51,850 nucleotides of DNA from an uncultured Candidatus Competibacteraceae bacterium (GTDB lineage Bacteria > Pseudomonadota > Gammaproteobacteria > Competibacterales > Competibacteraceae): positions 13,556 to 65,405 of the forward strand of contig CAZTIH010000001.1 in assembly GCA_964613675.1 (NCBI GenBank), read 5' to 3'. Shown here in pieces: positions 46,301 to 51,850 of the stretch. Both the position numbers and the translations under genes were made by a program. Numbering within the stretch: position 1 is the stretch's first letter; each line of letters starts with the position of its first letter. The notes under the pieces were generated by a model, which was given only the letters and a program-made list of their open reading frames with translations, was not told the DNA's origin and ran no database searches.

Positions 46301-46743
46301 AGATCGACGAGAAAATCAATATTTGCACGCTTACGACGGTCAACTTTCTGCAACCACTTCATCAGAAGTGGCCCGCGCTCCTTCACGATTACATAGGGCG
46401 CGAGTTCTAGCTTGTTCTGATCATCGTACTCAAAGGGAAAATTGAAAGCTGAATCTTCTATAAAAAAATCAAAGGGGTTGATGGTCACCATATCGGCGAC
46501 GAGATCGACACGCACGCTGAGTTCTGTTGCGCGTTCATTAAACACTAAACGGGCTAAATAGTTACCAAAAGCATCCTGTTGCCAGTTAATAAAATGTTCT
46601 TTTGGCTCAACATTCAAAGAATAAGAGACAATCGGTGTTCGACAATGTGGCGCGGGTCTCAGACGTACGATGTGAGGGGATAATGTGACTCTTCGGTCGT
46701 AGCGATAGATGGTGGTATGGTCAATGGCAATGCGAATGGTCAT
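43360..46743 (-). CDS. large transglutaminase-family protein (N-terminal Bact_transglu_N + transglutaminase core, C-terminal DUF2126-type region)
   Basis: 1127 aa. It has the N-terminus [24 protein letters not shown] and a Cys-His-Asp core ([39 protein letters not shown]). Confidence 0.85.
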   Translation of the reverse strand: [1127 protein letters not shown]

Positions 46744-46767
46744 GAAATAAGGTTCCTAATCAAGGGG

Positions 46768-47784
46768 TTAACTAAGTACAGTCGTATCTATACGGCTACT
46801 TAGATAGGCTTGGTCGATGGCGTTGTGAAGTTCACCTAATCCAATCTGCAACTCATCGATAAACTCGTGTAAACCGCTATGTGCTAGGGCGCGGACATCG
46901 GCAGTTTGGATTTGGCGTTGCAATCGGGCCAGGCGACGAAGCGGGGTTTCGTTGTGCGGAAGCCGATTTAGACTATGGGCCAGCGCGTTGAGACAAAAAC
47001 GATACCCTCTTGGGAAAGTCTCGTTCTGCAACAAAAAAACAAGCACATCAGCGCCTTGTACGCGGACTTTTATCTGTCGTCGATACATCTGATAAGCAGA
47101 TAAAGACTTCAGAACTCCCATCCAGAGAATATTCTCATAAGGGTTTAATTCTACTTGGTTTGCAGACGGGGGATTGCCACTGGTTTGGGTTTGGTGTTGT
47201 GAATCTTCTTTTGGCGGATTCACAGGCGCTAGTAAATTAGCGGCGCGGACATCAAGAGTGCGCGTGGTCATATCTGCACGTTCTAAATGACGCCCAAGTT
47301 CTAGAAAATCGTAAGCTAAATCACGGGTCATCGCCCCTAACAGAAAGCCGTTAAACCGTTCGATTCCTCCAATAATTTGGTTGAAGAATGCATGGCGAGT
47401 CCGTTTGGGCAATCCAGCACTGATGTAGTCCTGGGTCGCTATGTACAGGTTATTGATGATTTCCCAGGCTGCTGAAGGCATCATGTCGCGTGTGGTACGC
47501 AAATTTTCCCGCACCATTTGCAGACTCGATAAAACACACCCCGGATTACGTTCATCGGCAATCAAGAAATGAACCACAATGATTTCATTTGGTTCTTCGT
47601 TATGTTGGTAAAACACCTCGCCGCTCCCCGTAATCGCTAATAGGGGCGACCAACTCTGCTGGATCCCTTTTTGAGGTAAATCCATCAGCGTATTGCCATG
47701 TGTGCTGATGATCCGAAGCGTATTTTCTGTGCGCTCCAGATAACGCGCCAACCAGTAGATGTTGAGAGCTACTCTTGAAAGCAT
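46768..47784 (-). CDS. alpha-E domain protein (DUF403 family)
   Basis: 338 aa. It has the N-terminus MLSRVALNIYWLARYLERTENTLRI, typical of alpha-E proteins, and lies between the ATP-grasp and transglutaminase genes. Confidence 0.8.
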   Translation of the reverse strand: MLSRVALNIYWLARYLERTENTLRIISTHGNTLMDLPQKGIQQSWSPLLAITGSGEVFYQHNEEPNEIIVVHFLIADERNPGCVLSSLQMVRENLRTTRDMMPSAAWEIINNLYIATQDYISAGLPKRTRHAFFNQIIGGIERFNGFLLGAMTRDLAYDFLELGRHLERADMTTRTLDVRAANLLAPVNPPKEDSQHQTQTSGNPPSANQVELNPYENILWMGVLKSLSAYQMYRRQIKVRVQGADVLVFLLQNETFPRGYRFCLNALAHSLNRLPHNETPLRRLARLQRQIQTADVRALAHSGLHEFIDELQIGLGELHNAIDQAYLSSRIDTTVLS

Positions 47785-47841
47785 TTTTTAAGTCTCACAG
47801 AAAGAATGATTTTTGCGAAAAAGCGTGAATGAGGAAGTCAT

Positions 47842-49290
47842 TTAATGGCTGCTATCCACAATCCAGGTGTCTTTACTGCCCCCGCCTTGTGACGAGTTAA
47901 CGACTAGCGACCCCGCTTTCAAGGCAACTCGCGTAAGGCCGCCCGTCGTAATGTTAGTGACCGCGCCTTGCAGAATAAAAGGCCGTAGATCTACATGGCG
48001 CGGCACAATCTGTTCGTCACACAGAGTGGGAGTGGTTGAGAGTTTGAGAGTCGGTTGTGCAATGTAATTACGGGGATCCTTCTGAATCAGTTCTGCAAAC
48101 TGCTCACGTTCTTTTTCAGATGAATACGGCCCAATCAACATGCCATATCCCCCCGACTCATTCGCAGGTTTTACAACTAATTCGTGTAAATTCCGCAAAA
48201 CATATTCCTTTTGCTTATCGTCGAGACAAAGGTGAGTGGGAACATTGGGAATGATGGCATCTTGATCTAGGTAGTAGCGAATGATTTCCGGAACAAAGGC
48301 GTATACGGCTTTATCATCGGCCACCCCCGCGCCCGGCGCATTCGCCAAGGCAACATTGCCCTTCTTCCAGGCCCTCATCAGCCCCTTAACGCCCAATGCA
48401 GAGTCGGCGTAAAAAACTTCGGGGTCTAGGAACCAATCGTCGATACGCCGATAAATCACATCGACGCGCTTTGGTCCTTCGATATGCTTCAGGTACACGC
48501 AGTCATCAGATCCAACGACCAAGTCTGCGCCTTCTGCCAATTCTGCTCCCATCTGTTGTGCAAGATAGGCGTGTTCAAAATAAGCAGAATTAAAAATTCC
48601 CGGTGTCAGAACGACGACTTGCGGAAAATCCATTGGCCGAGGAGAAATAGAGGCCAGCATATCGAATAGCTGAGCGGGGTAATCATCGACCGGCAAAATG
48701 TTTTGTGTTTCAAAGAGTTCTGGAAATACGCGCTTCATAACCGAGCGATTTTCCAATAGATACGATACCCCAGATGGCACACGCAAATTGTCTTCCAGAA
48801 CATAAAGCGTACCATCTTTATCGCGGACCAGATCAGAGCCGCAGATATGAGCCCATATCTTGAGCGGGGGAGAAATTCCAACGCACTGGGGCCGAAAATT
48901 CTTGGAATTGGCTAGCAACTCGGCTGGAAAAACCCCGTCTTTAACAATTTTTTGCTCGTTGTAGAGATCATCTATAAACAAGTTTAGGGCTTGCAGACGT
49001 TGTTTCAAACCTAATTCGGTGCGTTGCCATTCGGATTTGTCGATAATGCGCGGAATAATGTCAAACGGCCAAGCTCGGTCGATATTTTGGCCTTCGGTGT
49101 ACACCGTGAAGGTAATCCCCATAACTCTGATTGCGAGTTCTGAAGCCCGTTTGCGTTCTAATAGCTCTTCTTTTTTCAACGCTGTCAGATAACGACAGAG
49201 TTCTGATGCGGCCAATCGCGGTTCTTGACGCTCATTAATGAGTTCGTCGTAAAACGCGTGAGCGGGGTAATTTTGCCAATTGATGTGCAT
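47842..49290 (-). CDS. circularly permuted type-2 ATP-grasp protein
   Basis: 482 aa. The family pattern is recalled (YDE...R.. Y..L...L, LEDNLRVPSGVSY, GGYGMLIGP). It is the first gene of the ATP-grasp/alpha-E/transglutaminase triad. Confidence 0.8.
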   Translation of the reverse strand: MHINWQNYPAHAFYDELINERQEPRLAASELCRYLTALKKEELLERKRASELAIRVMGITFTVYTEGQNIDRAWPFDIIPRIIDKSEWQRTELGLKQRLQALNLFIDDLYNEQKIVKDGVFPAELLANSKNFRPQCVGISPPLKIWAHICGSDLVRDKDGTLYVLEDNLRVPSGVSYLLENRSVMKRVFPELFETQNILPVDDYPAQLFDMLASISPRPMDFPQVVVLTPGIFNSAYFEHAYLAQQMGAELAEGADLVVGSDDCVYLKHIEGPKRVDVIYRRIDDWFLDPEVFYADSALGVKGLMRAWKKGNVALANAPGAGVADDKAVYAFVPEIIRYYLDQDAIIPNVPTHLCLDDKQKEYVLRNLHELVVKPANESGGYGMLIGPYSSEKEREQFAELIQKDPRNYIAQPTLKLSTTPTLCDEQIVPRHVDLRPFILQGAVTNITTGGLTRVALKAGSLVVNSSQGGGSKDTWIVDSSH

Positions 49291-49418
49291 GTGTGCGGAC
49301 CTTTGTTTTTTACAGCGCGGCGCATCGAAAATTAGTCCTATACATTAAACTGCTGCAACTGCAAAACACCTAATCTAACTTTGCTAGGATGCAGCAAAAT
49401 TAGAGCGTAATTTATTAA

Positions 49419-50435
49419 ATGATAGAGTCAGACCGCCTACTTACTCCTGTAAAACAGCCCGATGATTACGACCGTGCTTTGCGACCTAAACGGTTAGCGG
49501 ATTATGTCGGACAGCCTCAACTGTGTGAACAGATGGCGATTTTCATCGACGCCGCACGGCAGCGTGGTGAGGCTTTGGATCATGTTTTGTTGTTTGGCCC
49601 CCCGGGGTTGGGGAAAACTACTCTTGCCCACATCTTGGCGAATGAATTGGGGGTTAATTTGCGGCAAACTAGCGGGCCGGTCCTCGAAAGACCTGGCGAT
49701 CTTGCCGCACTGCTGACTAATTTAGAGCCGCGTGATGTGCTTTTCATCGACGAAATTCATCGGTTAAGCCCTATCGTTGAAGAAATTTTGTACCCCGCTC
49801 TAGAGGATTTTCAACTCGACATCATTATTGGTGAAGGCCCCGCCGCAAGGTCAATCAAGCTCGATTTGGCCCCTTTCACACTGGTAGGTGCCACGACGCG
49901 AGCAGGTTCCTTGACAGCACCTTTGAGAGATCGGTTTGGAATTCTGCAACGCCTGCAATTTTATTCTCCGGAAGAACTGACAGAAATTCTGCAATGTGCC
50001 GCACAAAAGCTCAATTTGCCCCTAACGAGTGAAGGTGCTTATGAAATCGGACGACGGGCACGCGGAACACCTCGCATTGCACACAGATTGTTGCGGCGCG
50101 TAAGGGATTTTGCCCAAGTGCGTCGGGTATCGCCGATCAACATAGAGGTAGCTCACCTTGCCCTTGAGCTTCTGAAAGTCGATGAGGGAGGGTTAGACGA
50201 GCAAGACCGCCGTCTGTTGTGGATTATGATTCATCAGTTCAGAGGGGGGCCTGTAGGTTTAGATCACCTGGCGGCCATTTTAGGAGAAGAACGGACTACC
50301 CTTGAAGATGTCGTCGAACCCTATCTGATTCAGCAAGGTTACTTGATGCGTACCCCGCGAGGGCGCGTCATCGCTCCTTTAGCCTATCGCCATTTTAATC
50401 TGCAACCACTAGAAAATGACGAGGAAAATTCATGA
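49419..50435 (+). CDS. ruvB: Holliday junction branch migration helicase RuvB
   Basis: 338 aa. It has [12 protein letters not shown], the Walker [12 protein letters not shown], the Walker B FIDEIHRL, and GTPRIA. Confidence 0.95.
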   Translation: MIESDRLLTPVKQPDDYDRALRPKRLADYVGQPQLCEQMAIFIDAARQRGEALDHVLLFGPPGLGKTTLAHILANELGVNLRQTSGPVLERPGDLAALLTNLEPRDVLFIDEIHRLSPIVEEILYPALEDFQLDIIIGEGPAARSIKLDLAPFTLVGATTRAGSLTAPLRDRFGILQRLQFYSPEELTEILQCAAQKLNLPLTSEGAYEIGRRARGTPRIAHRLLRRVRDFAQVRRVSPINIEVAHLALELLKVDEGGLDEQDRRLLWIMIHQFRGGPVGLDHLAAILGEERTTLEDVVEPYLIQQGYLMRTPRGRVIAPLAYRHFNLQPLENDEENS

Positions 50436-50836
50436 AGGAGGGAGCGCAACTTTATGAACCAGAACAATTTTCCTTTCCGATTCGTATCTATTACGAAGAT
50501 ACAGATGCAGGGGGCATTGTCTATTACGCCAACTATCTCAAATTTTTTGAACGGGCACGTACAGAGTGGTTAAGACATCTAGGAATAGAGCAGGATCGCT
50601 TAGCATCTGAGCAGCAGATAATTTTTGTGGTACGGCGTGCAGATTTGAATTTACGTCACCCCGCTCGCTTCAATGATCTGTTACAAACCAAATTACAGCT
50701 AAGAGAACGTAAGAAAGTTCGTGTAATTCTGGATCAGAGTCTTTGGCGAGACGACCTGTGTTTATGCACAAGCGCTGTTGAAGTCGCGGCAGTTCATCGC
50801 GATACCTTTAAGCCTTTGATTTTTCCAGCCCTTTAG
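50432..50836 (+). CDS. ybgC: tol-pal-associated acyl-CoA thioesterase
   Basis: 134 aa. It has the hotdog-fold signature [27 protein letters not shown] and sits directly upstream of tolQ. Confidence 0.8.
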   Translation: MKEGAQLYEPEQFSFPIRIYYEDTDAGGIVYYANYLKFFERARTEWLRHLGIEQDRLASEQQIIFVVRRADLNLRHPARFNDLLQTKLQLRERKKVRVILDQSLWRDDLCLCTSAVEVAAVHRDTFKPLIFPAL

Positions 50837-50849
50837 GAGGCGTTTCTCG

Positions 50850-51545
50850 GTGAACTCGGAGTTATCCATCTTGCAACTCGTCCTCGGTGCAACGCCCGTA
50901 GGAAAAGTGGTGCTCTTATTGCTTGCATCGCTCTCTATTTTTTCATGGATGGTCATCATCAGAAAACGACTGATTCTGACCGCACTGAGACGCGGCGCCG
51001 ATCAGTTTGAGAATCGTTTCTGGTCGGGAATTGCATTGCCACAGTTATTTGCTGACATAGACGAAAAACGCCATCGGCAATATGGGTTAGCGGCATTATT
51101 TCATTCGGGATTTCAAGAGTTTATGAAAGCACGCCAAACCATTAGCGATCCCGTAATTCTCGTTGCAGGGGTACAACGGGCCATGCGCGTAGCGTTGTCA
51201 CGGGAGGAGAGCGAAATGGAATCTGGACTGAGTTTTCTAGCCAGTGTCGCTTCGAGCAGCCCTTATATTGGGTTATTCGGTACGGTTTGGGGAACGATGG
51301 TGGCGTTAATCGCGTTACGAGGGGTGGAACAGGTGACCATCGCTCAAATTGCGCCCGGGATCGCGGAAGCACTGATTACAACTGCGGTGGGTATTGCGGC
51401 AGCGATTCCGGCCGTGGTGGCCTTCAACCGTTTTAATAGTGAGCTTGACCGTCTGTTAAATCGTTATGACAGCTTTATTGAAGAGTTCAGCAATATTCTG
51501 CAACGGCAACTCGTCGCCAGCCAGTCTGCACAGTCATATCGTTGA
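50850..51545 (+). CDS. tolQ: Tol-Pal system protein TolQ
   Basis: 231 aa with a GTG start. It has 3 TM helices and the MotA/TolQ/ExbB motif (PYIGLFGTVWG, IAEALITTAVGI). Confidence 0.9.
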   Translation: MNSELSILQLVLGATPVGKVVLLLLASLSIFSWMVIIRKRLILTALRRGADQFENRFWSGIALPQLFADIDEKRHRQYGLAALFHSGFQEFMKARQTISDPVILVAGVQRAMRVALSREESEMESGLSFLASVASSSPYIGLFGTVWGTMVALIALRGVEQVTIAQIAPGIAEALITTAVGIAAAIPAVVAFNRFNSELDRLLNRYDSFIEEFSNILQRQLVASQSAQSYR

Positions 51546-51564
51546 TTTAACAGGAAAAATATAA

Positions 51565-51850
51565 ATGAGCCGTCGTCGAAATCGCAAACATCGAGTGGTT
51601 GCAGAAATCAATGTCGTACCATACATCGATGTGATGTTGGTTCTGGTGGTGGTGTTTATGGTGACGGCGCCGATGATTAATCGAGGGATCGAAATCGACT
51701 TACCGCAAGCCCCCGCAGAACCACTGGAAACGCCTAAACCTCAAGAGATGCTGATCGTTCAGATCGACGAATTTGGTCGATTTTATCTGAATATAGGAGA
51801 TGATCCGCGCAAGCCGCTGACCGAAGATGAGTTAGTGGCTGCCGCTAAGG
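51565..51850 (+). CDS. tolR: Tol-Pal system protein TolR (3' end truncated by the window edge)
   Basis: Hand translation from ATG 51565 gives MSRRRNRKHRVVAEINVVPYIDVMLVLVVVFMVTAPMINRGIEIDLPQAP..., the ExbD/TolR signature. The ORF runs off the window. Confidence 0.85.
   Translation, partial: MSRRRNRKHRVVAEINVVPYIDVMLVLVVVFMVTAPMINRGIEIDLPQAPAEPLETPKPQEMLIVQIDEFGRFYLNIGDDPRKPLTEDELVAAAK

Noticed and set aside
49349-49365. LexA/SOS box upstream of ruvB
   Set aside because: CTGCTGCAACTGCAAA does not satisfy CTGT-N8-ACAG. Only the first three bases match.

Overview
This window is the chromosomal replication-origin neighbourhood of a Gammaproteobacteria-like genome. I infer this from gene content and order (ispF-ispD-ftsB-eno-pyrG, rpmH-rnpA-yidC-mnmE, dnaA-dnaN-recF-gyrB, ruvB-ybgC-tolQ-tolR). 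All family calls are made by eye from the supplied translations, with no database search. Most of the window is densely packed housekeeping genes, plus one tRNA-Arg(CCG) and an rpmH gene (44 aa) that the ORF track is too coarse to list. The dnaA-dnaN spacer holds a textbook but unusually dense oriC: 11 perfect and 1 near-perfect TTATCCACA boxes in two opposed arrays of six, followed by a GC hexamer and an AT-rich tract. Two other loci stand out. (1) A 1-kb non-coding, very AT-rich gap lies between the 3' ends of maeB and mnmE (27.1-28.1 kb). It carries eight copies of a 19-bp near-palindromic element, GGTTGGCTTTGCGCCCACC: five forward, including three tandem copies at exact 21-bp spacing, and three inverted. 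It also carries IHF-consensus sites and AT-rich direct repeats, which together resemble a plasmid-type iteron origin. (2) A tight minus-strand operon (38.8-43.2 kb) encodes a GrpE-like protein, a 912-aa divergent Hsp70/actin-fold ATPase with long unassigned N- and C-terminal regions, and a TrfA-family plasmid replication initiator. I propose, as inference, that these two loci form one undescribed module: an iteron origin plus a TrfA-like initiator with its own dedicated Hsp70/GrpE-type remodelling pair, sitting beside the canonical DnaA/oriC. Lesser items are a conserved but functionally unknown ATP-grasp/alpha-E/transglutaminase operon, a secreted metzincin-like protease with a tandemly duplicated C-terminal domain, a DMT transporter broken by a single in-frame TAA, and an orphan flgM with a sigma-28-like promoter.
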